Shown here: piece by piece, positions 1-13,827 of the stretch | How positions within the stretch are numbered: position 1 is the stretch's first letter | How the letters are laid out: the number at the start of each line of letters is the position of its first letter | The notes under the pieces: generated by a model | What the model saw: the letters and a program-made list of their open reading frames with translations, nothing else | What the model was told of the DNA's origin: nothing | Databases searched by the model: none | NCBI GenBank assembly: GCA_025201805.1 | Contig: MU619239.1 | Coordinates: forward strand, 227,556-291,555 | Origin: Parasitella parasitica NRRL 2501 | Lineage: Eukaryota; Fungi; Mucoromycota | DNA length: 64,000 bases | Reading direction: 5' to 3' | Translations under genes and position numbers: made by a program

Positions 1-601
1 GGCTATTTGTCTTGTATATTTCATTATACAAATATGAACTACTTTGTATCGTCTAGAGGATTAGTGTTTGTTGTTTAAAAGAGGTTGACTTTCACAATCT
101 GCGCCACCCGCAAAGTGATGCTCTGGAGATGTAGATAAAGAAGTCTTGGGAACAGAACCGTACGCAGGCTTCAAGTATGGTTCAACAACTTTTTTGCTGC
201 TTGAAGAATCGGTAGAGTTTTCACGACTAAGACTAAGCTTGTTATTATTGCCTTGGGTTTGACGCTTGTGAGCTGTCAATAAACGAGTTAATCTGCTATC
301 TCGTCTGTTTTGAACTTGTGGGTACGCTTCTAACCGTGTGGACGCTCTTTCAGTCAAAGATCTTCAGCTCAGCACCTTACCTGAAATTGGACTCGAGACT
401 AGCTGCCTTGATGTCTTTAACTTTTTCCAAAAAGGTAAAAGTCAAAAGACTTTGGCTTCCTAGTAGTCCCGAAGCTCATTGAAGGGTTGATGGGCAAAGA
501 AATTATCGGTCTCTACTTACTCGGATAGTCAAGAAATCTTTGCTTTCAGGCTGGTGTACAGTACTCAAAATGCAGGCTTTATTATCGGGTGCATGACAGT
601 A

Positions 602-1745
602 TTATGAATCTCTCAATTTGCGCACAACTTGTAAATATTCCGTTATGTATTCGGATTTCCTTACAGCCTCGTATGTTTTCATGGCATTTCTAAACCAATC
701 TTTCTCTGAAACTTGGCCTTTCTTGCCTGATCTTCTGGGACCAGCGATAACTTGATCTCTTAGAGCGGAAGCAAGATCTTGCAGTGAACGAATATCATCC
801 TGTTGTGGCAGGAAGAACAGATTGACCTTGTCATCCTGATCTGTTTTATACAAAGGCAGTGCATCCCCCAAGCTTACGAGCCCTATGAAATGGTTTAGAC
901 CATCTGACTTGTATTTGAAGATGTGCATTGAATTACCTCTTATTTTGAGCTGAGAGTTTTCAAAGAAAGATGTCAGTATCGTCTGAAGATTGTTATAGTT
1001 TCTCCAGGTAAAGTCATGGACATGGCATTTGTTGCACACAAAAACAACCTCAGGGTAGTGATGCATGTCTTGTTGACCAGCCAATAGGGGGAAATCGGGT
1101 ATACAGAACTTTAGCATCTCTGCTCGTTGAATCTGTCTCAGGATATCAACATCAATTTCAGGGCCATCGTTCACAACCAAGATAATATTGCAAACAGACA
1201 TCATGAATATTATGTTGTACAAACCCTCCATCTCTAGCCACAAATCAGGGTGAACTCCTCCCAAAGACCCATTTCGAAGTACATTATCCAGTATTGTCCA
1301 GCTCTGGATGGGTTCTGTATCTAGTAAAATTGCTCTCTCGGGCGTTATATACATGTCAATGCCGTTCGTTTTATGTCCGTGATACAGGAATTGCTCGGTG
1401 CTTTGACAGGGGAATGCCTAGTACAACGTTTTTAGCTGCAATTCGCACCGTGTTTCCGTCTCAATTACATGTTGTGGGTCTTGCGTAAAATGCGACAAAA
1501 TGGTTGATTTCCCAACGCCTTGTTTTCCAATGACACCAATTACAAAATGACCAGGGTAGTCTGTTAAGCTCTACAAAGAGAGAGAGAGAGAGAAAAGAGT
1601 GTGAGCAGTTTCTCAAACTTTATGGACTGAACCTACTTTTAGTATCGCATCTGCGTTAAACTTGTTTGGACGCCGTAAAAAAGGAATTGATAGAAACTCT
1701 GCATTGTTTCCAGGTAATTCTTCTGTTTTTACTGTCTGATTTACC

Positions 1746-1788
<43 letters not shown>

Positions 1789-1976
1789 TAAAAGAATAGG
1801 CTGTTTGCTCCGAACGTTCACGCCTGTCCAAGATTATAGGGGCTTGAAGAAACGGTTTCCCGCTAGATTCGCTCTAAATTGCCCCGTTAGATAAACTGAT
1901 TAGACCAGAACCTTGGTTGAATTACTTTCTTACGGTCTTTTCTTTTGCTTCTTTCTCTGAGCCGTTTATCAGACAT
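602..1976 (-). CDS. SMG9: SMG9-like nonsense-mediated decay factor (P-loop G-domain), spliced
   Basis: ATG at 1976 (MSDKRLRERSKRKDRKK), GT-AG introns, P-loop VIGVIGKQGVGKST (~1500-1545), ERAILLDTEP, FMMSVCNIILVV, VVFVCNK, and C-terminal SEKDWFRNAMKTYEAVRKSEY typical of SMG9. Confidence 0.85.
1746..1787. repeat. (GCTGTT)n hexamer microsatellite encoding a Thr-Ala repeat in SMG9
   Basis: Tandem GCTGTT units seen directly. Confidence 0.9.
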
Positions 1977-2243
1977 TTGTTATGAAAAACAATAAAAAGG
2001 AAAGTTTTTTCTTCTTCTTCTTTCTTGAAAAGTCCAGGAGGAGATTGATTAATAGCAAATCAAATAATGAGTATGCCCCCACTTTGCTGGTATGTCTATC
2101 AAACACAGGCATGTAGAATAACTGTTAGTGATTGACAAAATCAAGAGATTATTTGTGCAAAAGTCTGAATGTATAAAATTGCTAACTGTACACTTGATTT
2201 TTATTGATATCTAAACCTGTATTAATTTTAATAAAGCTATTTT

Positions 2244-3564
2244 TTATGATCTTCTCTTCTTGGGCTTGGGGTGGCCATTCTTCTTTTTACTTCTAGCGGA
2301 CGAGAACTTGTTTTTTCCTTTGCGCTCTCCATCAAATAACCCGTTGAAATTGTCCTCATCATCTCGAGCTCGTTTCTTGTTTCCACTCTCAAAACCATCG
2401 ATATTTTGATTTTTACGTTCAAGAACATTGCGGTAACGTTGATTTTCTTGCTCCTCAACATCTCCCAACCCCACCAGATTAGAGAAATCGTTCAAATTCT
2501 ACAAACATAAAGTAAATACTGATGCCAGCTATATTTGTTGCAATGCAGAAACTTACATCGAATTCGCTCTCGAAACGCATCTTCTTATTCTTGTTCAATC
2601 TTTGTTTTTCCTTGCGAGTAACTGCAAGACGAACATAATTGTCTTCTTCATAGCGATCCTTCTCGGCAATGACATTATCAATGCGGTCGCCATAGCCAGT
2701 GCCTTCATTAACACCGCCAAAGACGCCGATCTCTTCAGGATTTTCAGACATTTCAGTCATGAGATCTTTCATTAAGCGAGATCTGGAGGCCTTTTCTTTC
2801 ATACGGACTTCATTGCGCTCCTTCTTTCCGCTCTTTCTACCTGCATTTTCGTCGTAATTAACAGGCGCTAACTTGGGTGGTTTATACACGCCGATTGCAT
2901 TGGTATCATCATCTACATCCTCGTCCACATCGTCATCGTCATCGACTTTGTTCAGTAGGTTCATTGGGTTGGGCTTGAAAGCGAGTGGATCGGCAGCAAC
3001 GGCTTCCGATGTTGAGACATCATTAGCCTTGGTTTCTTCGTTCTTTTGTGTGCTTTCGACTACGGCTGCTCTGACTAGTTTGTCGATTTGGTATTTGAGC
3101 TTAGCTTCAATTGGCTTCATTTTATCGAGAATCACACGAAGTTCGACAAGAGACTCGACTGCAGGGCTGTTTTCTACCTGCTTTCCAGAGATTTTGAGGT
3201 GAACAAAGTAGGCAAGTTGAAGAATATACTGAAGCATAATCTGATACTTGACTTCAAGAAATGAGACGCCTTTGGATGTCTGCACTTGATTGCTCTCAAC
3301 CCTATGACATGGTTTGGTTAGACTATCAGAACTAAGAGCTGGTGCGAATGCATACTTTTGCTTCAAGGGCTTTAATTGATTTTTCATGTCAATGATCTTT
3401 GCTTTCAAACTTTTAATGAGTTTTGTGAATTCGGCTGCTTCTGCATTGATTTGCTTTGAATCAACATGCTGCTCAGGGCCGATTTATTATTTCATTCGCT
3501 TACCGTATGCAACGATTTCTGATTTTTCCTCATGGCATGCTTCTACTGTTGCAGTCTTTGACAT
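2244..3564 (-). CDS. LCP5: Lcp5/neuroguidin (Sas10/Utp3 family) SSU processome protein, spliced
   Basis: KGVSFLEVKYQIMLQY, LVELRVILDKMKPIEAKLKYQIDKL, FKPNP, VYKPPKLAP, YEEDNYVRL motifs; introns at 3302-3355 and near 2500-2554; the start at 3564 is less certain. Confidence 0.85.
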
Positions 3565-4328
3565 TTTGACTGAATTCGCAATAGAAAAAGGGTCAAATGC
3601 CAGAAAAAAATATTGCAAAAGCATTTGGATTGAAAAGATTACCGGTCACTGAAGACGGTTGCTTTGGTGTTTGGAAACGGTATACGAGTAACATGTCCAA
3701 CATGATTCAATTACTATGCATGCATGCATTCAATGGGGGCTGTCTTGGAAACAATGATTGTTTGGCCTGATGTCTAACATTTTCATGGATGAAAACTGTT
3801 TTAATGAAGATCGATAGCTGGTAGCGTACGATCATTTTACCATAGCAACGCTCAATAGCGTCGGACAGGCCAACCTTTCTTTCTTTCTTTCTTGACATCA
3901 GCATGTTTTATTGGCTGAGATACGTTACAACCCCCTTCTTTCATTATGATGATAATGGATAATAATAATAATAATAATAATAAAAAATAAACAGAGAATG
4001 GAAGGGTATAATGTTAGCAAGAAAAGCCAAGAGATGGTCGTTTTGCTGTGTTCTCGGAAATTGATTTTAGGAATATTGCTTTGTGCAATGGTAACTCAAG
4101 AACCAGTATTCTTTTGCAAATGAATGTAATCTGGCATCTCTATTTCATTAAAATGCTTGTTTTTCTTTTTCTTTTTTTATCCTTTTTTCTCTTCTTTCAT
4201 TCGGTTTTTCATTTAAACTTCTAACCTCACGCTCCTTTTTATTCTAAAATAAATCTGATTTCCATTTATTCAAGCTTTTACCCACAAATCCAATACTTGA
4301 ACATCCCGAAAATAAATAAACCCAACGC

Positions 4329-5896
4329 ATGTCCTTGTTCTCAAAACTTTCCAAGAGTAGCGAAAAGACTCTATATCCCTGGTCGCAAAAGAAATTAGGT
4401 GGAAGCAACAGCGCTTTACCGAGATTTGGGCATGCGGCAGCAGCAATTTCAGCAGATGCCATTGTCATTTATGGCGGCATCCATCAGACGTCCTCCAAAA
4501 AAGAACTTTTTTACATTGATACTAGTAAGAGCTCAGAAGATTTGATCGTGTAGCGTTGTGGTTCTAATGCACTTGACACAGATAGCTTGTCGGCTACCAG
4601 TATAAATGCTGCTGGCGTTGTACCAAGTTCAAGGACGTCGGCTGCCATCGTAGCTATGAATAACCATGTCATGCGTAAGCTCATCCGGGGATATGCATCT
4701 AAATTACAAATTATAAATATATTCAATTGTCTTTTTTTTTTTTTTTCATTGTAGTTTTTGGAGGCAGGCCGATTGTTCCTGACGAGCAATACGATGGAGG
4801 ATTTTACATTTTGAATCTGAGTAAGTCACGGCAAAAACAATGGGCTTTAGTAGGCTTGCATTCTAATCCTTACGCTGAAACTTGCTAGAGAGCAAGCAAT
4901 GGAACCGCATTCAGTTGGAGGGAACTCAGCCTTCGGTGAGGTGGGGGCATAGCGCAGTTGCAAGCGATGGAATCATGTATATGTGGGGTGGTCAGCTTGA
5001 AGACCACTACTTTAACGACCTATTCATCTTCAATTCCAGTACTTGTAAGTCGAGTTCTGTCGTGCGGGTGTAAAAATGTGTGTGTGTATGTGTGTGTGTA
5101 TCTTGACAAATATCTACAGTTAGCTCAGTGCCTAGATGGGAACAAATAAACTACAGCAACGAATGTCCCGAGCCTCGATCAGGGCATATCTCGACGATTT
5201 ATGAAAACAAATTATACATGTAAGAAGCAAAAAAAAATCCTATTTAGGAGCCATTTCCTCGTGGCCAAGTTACACAAGCTTAAATGATGTCCAACACAAA
5301 ATTATTTAGTTTTGGAGGCACTGATGGACAACGGCTGTTCAACGATATCTGGTCGTTCGATTTATACACACGATTATGGTTGAAAATTGAAGCTGATGGC
5401 TACTTGCCGACTGGTCGAGAAAGCTGTGCGTCGGCTATGGCTGATGATGTGATTTACATTATCGGTGGAAAGTCTGAAAATGGCGTCGAGTTGAATGATC
5501 TATGCGCCTTCAAAATCAAGAGTGAGTTACACGCCGTAGTCGATAATAGACTTGGATTTCATCTAATTTCAATTAATATGTAATTTAGGCCGTCGCTGGT
5601 TTAGATTCCAAAACATGGGACCATCACCTTCACCTCGTCATGGCTTAACAATGACTGCAGTAAACCATCGTCTGATTGTTCTCGGTGGTGATAATGAAAC
5701 ATCCAAGATGGAAGATTCTTCATTGATCTACACATTAGATAGTTCAAAAATCAAATACCCCATAGATACCCCTCCACAGAAACAATCAATTGAGTCTACG
5801 AATAGCGAAAGAATGTATCAACAGCAGCAGCAGCAGCAATACGATTCTACCTCTATTGAGAGCATGAATGGATACACTCGCCCATATCCTCAACAA

Positions 5897-5961
<65 letters not shown>

Positions 5962-8053
5962 AGGATCATACGCAGCACAGCAATACCACCAACAACAAGG
6001 ATCGTACTCATCTCAACAGCAACATCACCATGCTCAAAAACCTCTGCCTGAACAGCGCCAAATTCAAAGAACAAACTCTCCAAGCTCGCCATTCCAGCAG
6101 CAGCAACCTCGTTCTTTGGCCGGTGCAGTAATGGGCGCTAATGAGACGCATAAGGAAGTTGATACACCTGTGAATCATTCCGATGTATTGCCATCCCCCA
6201 CCAATAGTAGCCCCATCAGCGCAACTTCTCGTCATAGGCCACTGTATACAGATCAAACCAACGGCCAGGTATGTGACACTGTCGTAAATCGCAATTGTTT
6301 TCTCATCGTCTTTTTTTATGCTCTACTGCTGCTGCAGCCACCTGTACGTCCACCAAGACATATTTCAACGGTACCCGAAGCAGCCCTTCGTCGCCCCCGC
6401 GCAGCATCTCCATTACTACAATCCGGCTCTGAAATAACTTTGAATACTCGTCGCCATTACCAATCAAACGTTTCTCCAGCATCACCATCTTCTCCAGATA
6501 GTAATGAGCATTTGATGCTTCGTAACAGTCCTAGTCAAACAAGCATCATGGCTGCCACTGAAGAGCATGGCGCTATAGTCCAACAACAGCAATTACAACA
6601 AGCCCAACAACAGCAGCAAAAAGCCATAGCTCAACAACCAACAACCTGCTCATCACCTAATGGGCCTCTGGCTCCTCCTCCTCCACGCCCTCCACGTGAA
6701 GGTGTAGGCTTGAGCAACGCTCAAAATAACACTATGATGACCCAAAGTAGTACTGTAGAATCAACTACCAATCGCAGTGCAACAGACCATGAGGAACCGT
6801 ATAAACCCAAATCTCAAATGCTTTCTCGCGGGCAGCCTGTCGTCGCAACCCCACCACAAACCTGCATAGATAATCAGCAGCAACCATCTCCCGTAACTTT
6901 ACAACAAGATGATGAACCGATACCCGAACACTCTTTCAGCCATCCAACTGCGGCTAATGGCGGCCCTTTTCCTTACCCAAATAAACCGCCACAAGATCAT
7001 ACCCTCTTACAGCAAGACCACGCTGCAGTTCTCCAAGCTGCCAACGAAGAGCGCCAAGTTTTGCTTAGAGAAATTCAAACACGCGATGCAATCATCAGTG
7101 ACATGAGAAAGAAGGAAAACTGGTGGCGCACCGAAGTATCTTTAGCTCGTAAGCAGCGATCCAAGAATGACACGTTTGATGACGGACCAGACGCGGATGA
7201 AGCGCTCTTGATGGACATGGACCATTTATCCGAGGAAAAAGTAAAGATATTCGAACAGCTTGTCACTGTCAAGTCTGAATTAAGAAGAGTGAGAGCCAGC
7301 ATATTCCAACAAGCACAACCCATGTCAGACAAGGTCAGCCAGGCTGATCGCATGCGTACTGCCGCCTTGCAGGAAGCTGCTTATTTCAAGAGTAAATATT
7401 TAGCATTGAAGGCACGTCGTCAGGATGATCTGAAGGATCTTGAACTTGGTCGCTGTGACATACTGGAAAAGCGTTTAGCTGTTGCACTGACTGAAAACGA
7501 AGCCAATGGTAAACTGCTACAGCAATTGCAAAAGAGATCTCAACACGACCAGGCTGCTCGTCAGGCCACAGAAGAACGTGCTCATGAAGCTCAACTAAGA
7601 GCAGAAGAAGCCCAACAAGCACACCAGCGTGCTCTTGAGGAATTGCAGATAGTGTATACACGAGCCACTAAAGCAGAGATACAAGTCCGTGACAACGCTG
7701 TCAAGATTGCTGATCTAACGCAACAGCTGAGCGACGCATTGACCTCTCAGCCAGCTGTCAAGAGCCAAGAAGTGACAGAGGCACAGCTGAAGGCCTCTCA
7801 ATTGGAAGCGGCTAACCTTAAAGCTCGCAATGAAGCAGCAACACTAAAGCAAAAATTGGCTGAAAATATGGACGATATCGCCCGTTTGCGCACACTTCTT
7901 CATGAACGTGAAGACTCGTTAGCCGAGGCCAAGATTCATGTGGAGGATTGCGAAATTCAGCTGAGCATGATGAGAGAGGCCATGAGCCAACAACAGCAAA
8001 ATGCTTCGTCTGCTGTGAGCAGTGCAGGGATTGCATCGACTAGAGCTTATTAG
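4329..8053 (+). CDS. Kelch-repeat cell-polarity protein (Kel1/Tea1-like) with poly-Q linker and C-terminal coiled coil, spliced
   Basis: Kelch repeats (LPRFGHAA, PSVRWGHSA, YMWGG, FGGTDGQRLFNDIW, PSPRHGLTM), then a coiled coil with KENWWRTEVSLARK and ALQEAAYFKSK as in fungal Kel1/Tea1. Confidence 0.85.
5890..5961. repeat. (CAACAG)n poly-Gln microsatellite within the kelch gene
   Basis: Tandem CAACAG units read as poly-Q in the coding frame. Confidence 0.9.
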
Positions 8054-8226
8054 ATCAATCATCTCCCATGATCTTGTTGGACCCTTATCGCTTCTCCTTC
8101 TTCCAATATCCGCATTTTGCAATAAAAATCGACAGTTTTATTAATCTAAATTTGTGCGAGAACGGGATGATATATATAAAGAAATAATGTACACTAGAAA
8201 AAAAAAACTCCCCCCTCGCCCGAACA

Positions 8227-8615
8227 TTATCCTTCACGCCATTGATGCTGACAATCATCGCTGCAGCATTTATAGAAAATGGACGAAGGCTCATCCGCTG
8301 AACGGATTTGAATCAGCATGAAATAAGCACGATCATGCTCACATTTAGGACAGGTAACTTCTGTTGAATCGACATTTTTCCAAGCATCGGCTCCACCTAA
8401 AACATCATCCACTTCTTTTCTTTTGAGGTTTTTGCGAGAAGTATGCTATTGCGTTCAAATTAATATCACACTAGATGGTTGCCTTGCACGAGCGAATTTC
8501 ACAAACTTACTCTGCTTTGAATGCTGTAGACATATGGACATGACTGACAGAAGAATGCTTGTCCACCATCGTTTTCAATCAACAGCAAGTTGGCGCAATG
8601 AGGACAGAATAGCAT
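8227..8615 (-). CDS. RPC11: RNA polymerase III subunit C11 (RPC10/RPC11), one intron
   Basis: MLFCPHCANLL...FFCQSCPYVY zinc ribbon; VDDVLGGADAWKNVD, CPKCEHDRAYFMLIQIRSADEP TFIIS-like ribbon. Confidence 0.95.
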
Positions 8616-8630
8616 TATGGATACTGTGAT

Positions 8631-8680
8631 NNNNNNNNNNNNNNNNNNNNNNNNNNNNNNNNNNNNNNNNNNNNNNNNNN
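8631..8680. other. Assembly gap (50 N)
   Basis: Run of n followed by poly-A. Confidence 1.
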
Positions 8681-9132
8681 AAAAAAAAAAAAAAAAGAAA
8701 GAGCTTAATCTCTTTGCTGCTTGTCTGACCAAGGGCACACCCAACATAAGCCACCTCCATACTTGAAAACTGGTAGCATTGATAAAGGTATAGGAGCTAC
8801 TTCAACGTCCAACAGCTTTTAACGGATGTAAAGCATCTTGACAATCCTTGTTCAGGGTGGGATTAAAAGTCGCGTGCAATTGCTACAAACTCATGTCAAT
8901 GTCATGTCAATGGATAATAACCGAAAGGCATGAGCTTCAAGGGAAAACTCTGGTATGATCCAGCACTACTTTATTTATTTAGTTTTACGAGGAAAGAAAA
9001 GGGAAAGAGTGAAAAAACAAAAAGAGGATTGTACATGACAAAAATCCAGAACGAATCTATTATTTCTCAGATGGGTAGGGTGGGGTGGGGGGTGGGGCAA
9101 GATGGGGATAATGATATGGTGAATAAAGGAAT

Positions 9133-10962
9133 TTATTTCTTGGCTTCGACCTTGACAATCTTGGATCCATTCTTTTCACGCATGATCAAAGTCAAGTTGG
9201 ATTCGGCATCAACGGTAACTTGGACCTCAATATGACTGGTTTTGGGCTTTGACGCATTTTCAAGGGGAAGACAAGCTTCGACTAATTGAGCAGCAGGCTT
9301 GTTAAAGACCTTGGTAAGGACTTGGGCCTCTTCTTCATAGGGCTCTTCGTCATCCTCGAGTTGCACAGGCTCAGCCTTGACCTCGACCTTCTCTACAACA
9401 TGCTCACCTTCGAACAAAGCGACGTAGGCTTGTGTTTGGTTGGCTTCAGAGTTAGAGAACTCAAAGACACGACGGGTAGGGAGAGCAGTGCCACGAGGAA
9501 TGACAGTAACGAACTCACCAGTAGCATTGATGATGCCAATGGCTTTGCTGGTGTTAGGAGCCAGAGTAACAACGGGATGAATGGCAGCCTCAATATCTTC
9601 TTTGTCGAAGCCAGAAACCAAAGAGCCTTGGATAGCACAACCACGGGCAACAACTTCATCAGCCTCGAGATCATTCAAAACCTTGGTGTGTTCGCTAAAG
9701 AAGACTTCGCGGATCTTCAAAGCAAATTTAGGGATACGGGCAGAGCCACCAGCAAGGAGAACTTGGTCGATTTCAGAGGCATCCAGATTGGCCTTTTCCA
9801 ATACCTGGCCAATGACAGTTTGGAGTTGAGAAAAGACGTTTTTGGACAACATCTCGAAGCGCATGCGGTTGATATTGCTGTGGAAATCGACACCTTCGGC
9901 TAAAGATTCAACAAAACAGGGTGCAGAGTTGGCGCTAGACAGCATTTTCTTGGTAACTTCGACAGCGTTACGGAGCTTGGCCAAAGCCTTTTTGTTGGAA
10001 GAGATGTCGATCTTGGATTTCTTTTTGAATTCAGCTACGAAATGATTGATCAAATTATCATCAAAAGAAGCACCACCGACGTTGGTGTCGTGAGCAGTAG
10101 CCAAAACAGTGTACATGCCGGAACGAACAGCCAACACGGTAACGTCGAAAGAGTGTCCCCCTAAATCGCAGACAACGATAGTTTTGTCTTGAGGATCCTT
10201 GTTGGAAGCATTCTGGCCGATACCATAGGCAAGGGCAGCGGCAGCAGACTCGTGGACGAGTTGAACAACGTTGATGCCAGCAGCCTCAGCAGCAGCAACT
10301 AATTCCTCGCGCTGTTTCTCGGTAAAGTAAGAAGGAACGGCCATAACAGCACCGTTGATGGCAGTACCCAAGAAAGCTTCAGCAGACTCGCGAATGTGGC
10401 GCAAGAACTTTGCAGAAACCTCTTGGGCAGTGAACACAGACTTACCAGCAGGCAGTTCAATTTCATAAGCAGGGACGCCGTTCTTGTCAATGACAGAAGC
10501 AGCAGAACCAGTCAAGTTCAAAGCATCAGCAAAGCTATTATCGATGTAAAAATGAATTTCAATGCATGGAATGATACAAGCCAAGATTTACCTCTTTCCG
10601 AGATTGGCACGGAAGTTGGCAATGGTGTGGTCGGGATGACGGGCAATATCAGACTTGGCTTGGGAACCAATGACCTACATACGTTGCAAATGCCATGGAT
10701 TAGTCTTTGGAACATACTTTGCGGTCCAAACTACAAACCTCCTCATCACCATGGAAAGCGAGTGCAGAGGCGATCTGTCTATCACCTTCCTCGTTGGCGA
10801 GACAATCGGCGCGACCTTCCTACAATAGCCAAAATGTCAATACATTTGGATTCAAAAATCTCGGGCAGATATCACGACATGTCACTGTACCTTGTTAAGA
10901 TAGGCAATGGAAGTGTAGGCAGTTCCAAAATTGATACCAATGATAGTGTTAGATTCGCTCAT
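9133..10962 (-). CDS. SSZ1: Atypical Hsp70 of the ribosome-associated complex (Ssz1/HSPA14-like), spliced
   Basis: IIGINFGT start, IANEEGDRQI, AVMAVPSYF, VCDLGGHSFDV, VLLAGGSARIPK; the chain ends after the substrate-binding beta domain with no lid or EEVD. Confidence 0.85.
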
Positions 10963-11580
10963 ATTGTGATAAGGAAGGGGTTAATGTATACACAAGATTA
11001 AAAGAAGTGTCCAGAAAAAAAAACTTTTGATCAAAAATATTGGACACTGAGCATGTCTTTTAAAGTATTTCCAGTCACGAGAATAGTGCCTTGAAAGCAC
11101 CATGGTTTGAAGATGCTCAATGAAAAACAGCATGAATGGCTCGAATACTTTGAACCAAGACACCTCCATATTGCTTGAAGGATTGGCGTTTCGTTGTTGG
11201 AAGCATGAATTTGTACCATACACACACAACTCTACCAACCGGCAATCTATTTATATTTGTGCGTACCCAGCCATCATTTTGATTTCCTTATTTTCAATGC
11301 TTTGTCTGGCGTCGAGAAAATCAAGCCTGGGATCTACTAATACATGGATCAAAATTTGTGTCACAAACGTAAATTTATATAGAAGAGCATTCTATATGAT
11401 ATGCACTAGCAATCCATGTTTATTTTAGCCCCGGGGGGGGACCTTTTAAGCATTCCAGCGTTAAGCAAACTATGTTCATTGCTAACACGCACCATCAAGC
11501 AATTGTTAAAACTCAGTGTGATCAGGCTTTTGTTGGGATTCTGAATTCAATGCACATGTTTCCTTTTTGTTACTCAACGA

Positions 11581-13703
11581 ATGAACTACCAAGCACCACC
11601 TATTCCGTCAAGGCCTTCATCAAAAAGCATTCAAATTGACAATGTCAAAGATGGAGAAACTGTTCATCAGGTGCGTAGCAAATAGCAAATGTTACGCTGT
11701 TTTCTTATTTGCCCCTTTCTAAAGCGCTTTCTTCTCGTCAACGGTCGTGCTGGGCCTCGCAACGGCTCCTTTGACAGACCAATTCACGTTTTATGCAACG
11801 ATTTCCCGCAGACAGAATGGCCCTGTGTCAATTCTTTCTTCAAGGCAATGGTCCACCTAGTTCCTGGGGCAAACACAATCACTTTTGCCTTTCCTCAAGA
11901 AAACGATACGCTGCACTTTCATGTCAACTATTTGCCCTTGCTGCAAAACCCACCCTTATCTTTGGTTATATTCATAGGCTCTGATTCTGACGCTACATTT
12001 GACGTCCCACCCGAGAAGAAGGGCCAGAATACGCTCGACATTGCTGTGCAGAAGCTTCGAACAGCAGGCTATATGTGGCAGGCCTTCTGTGCCGAGCAAC
12101 TGCATCGTAATGGAATGGGCAGGCGCACATTCCGCCTTGAAGAAGGCTGGCTACCCGATACAATAAGCTGTCGTGATAGAGGTGTCATGAGAAACACAGC
12201 AAAAGTTCATGTCATTCGCTCCAAATACAGCGTTGCCGAAATCCGTGATGTTCGTCGGGCTCAACAAAGCAAGGACCAAGATGAGTCTGTCGAAAGCTTG
12301 TTTGGCTTATTTTTGGACGATTTGCGCGAAAGCCCTTTGTTTGACATGCCCTGTCAAGTTGCAGGGTTGATTTTAGACTCGCATTGGGATATCAAGAACC
12401 AATTGACGCTTGGACATGCAGCTTTAGGTGGTGGTGCTGGAAATACTAAACTGGGCATTTTCGGCTCTCATCTATTGCACGCTTGGCCCACTTGCATCGA
12501 GGATATCGTTCCTGCCTTTATGAACAACACATTAACTGATACCCGCTATGTGGCTAATGACGCCAATGAGAGCGGTAACTGGTGGAGAGCTGCTAATATT
12601 GGCATGGGCGCCATGGTAAGTTGCGCAATCATCGGGATAGAACGGTGTGCTCATGTATGGATACAATACACTTATTTACATAGATGCATGAAGTTGGGCA
12701 TTCATATACACTGAGTCACACGCCAACAGGTAAAAAAAAAAAAATGACACCAAATACACACATCAGGTAATCGAAATTCATGTATAGCTCAATAGGCGTA
12801 ATGAGTCGAGGGTACAACAACTGGAATCGTACTTTTGTAGCTAAAGAACCAGGATTTGCACCTATTCCACCCGAGCAAGAGGCAGGATCTCACTGGCATA
12901 GACTAGACATCATGCGCCTACGTTTCCACCCAGCATTTAGAATTCCCCAAGATGGGCCTCTCGGTACTAAAAACCCCTCCAAGCCTAGTTTTATTGCACT
13001 TGAGGGAGGTCAGTTTCAAGTGATTGCGCCTGCTGGCATTTCCTTGCTCGAAATGAACGTTGCGGGCCAATATCGCTCACATTTTGAGTTTTTGCAGGAG
13101 CAGCCTCGCATGGTTACATTCGATATTAAGGACATTTGGGATCGGTGCAAATGTAATGCCAATGAAAAGGTTTCTTTGCATGTCGTTTGTACCAATCAAG
13201 AGACCAAAGATGTTGATAATTTAAATGAATTTTTGAATTCGCATGGCGGCGTCCATTTACCTGGAATCAACGGGCTTGTGCTCAAGAGTGACATATTCGG
13301 CAACGGGTCGGACCAGGGCATGGCCAATTATACAGCTGTCTGGTACCACAATAATTGTCGAAAACAGCTGAAATGTATCTTGGTAAATCATGGCGCATTT
13401 TTGGATGGGTTTACATTGATTTATGACGATGGCAGCCAAGATCAAATTGGAAAAACAGGCGGCAATTGTACGCAATTTGACGTAGCGAGAGGAGAACATA
13501 TCCAAGGGCTGGTTGTTAAAAGTGGTGCATGGATAGATGGGGTACAATTTAGGCTGTCTAGTGGCAGACAAAGTCCTTGGTTTGGTGGCAACGGAGGAGG
13601 CTTAAACCAGGTCAATGCACCTCAAGGCTATGACATTGTCGGCATATTTGGCTCAGCCAAGAATTGGATGGAGCAGATTGGCATATTTTATCGTCGCAGT
13701 TAA
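11581..13703 (+). CDS. Putative zinc metallopeptidase (YIL108W-like) with C-terminal jacalin-like lectin domain, spliced
   Basis: ATG 11581; LILDSHWD, GHAALGGG, LGIFGSH; HEVGH zinc motif created by splicing (~12687); C-terminal GAWIDGVQF...WFGGNGG...IVGIFGS jacalin pattern. Confidence 0.85.
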
Positions 13704-13827
13704 TGTTTCAGGTTTTAGAATCGGAAGAAACACTGGAAACTCCATTTTTTTATGGGATAAAAGAGGCTATTCTTTTTTGTCCAATTTCCTTTTCATCATT
13801 TTAAAACAATACAATACAAAAATTACA

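Noticed and set aside
61-357. 98-aa minus-strand ORF with a non-ATG start
   Set aside because: No recognisable motif, and no consistent upstream exon structure could be built.
5853-6131. ORFs with VAVAVA and NSNSNS repeats
   Set aside because: Alternative-frame and antisense readings of the poly-Q microsatellite.
8890-8970. Segments resembling a fungal TPP riboswitch (ggcatgagc; ctggatcataccag on the minus strand)
   Set aside because: The conserved CUGAGA and the correct order of elements are missing, and no thiamine gene is adjacent.
9286-11001. Long + strand ORFs (205 and 201 aa) opposite SSZ1
   Set aside because: Antisense shadow ORFs typical of codon-biased Hsp70 genes.
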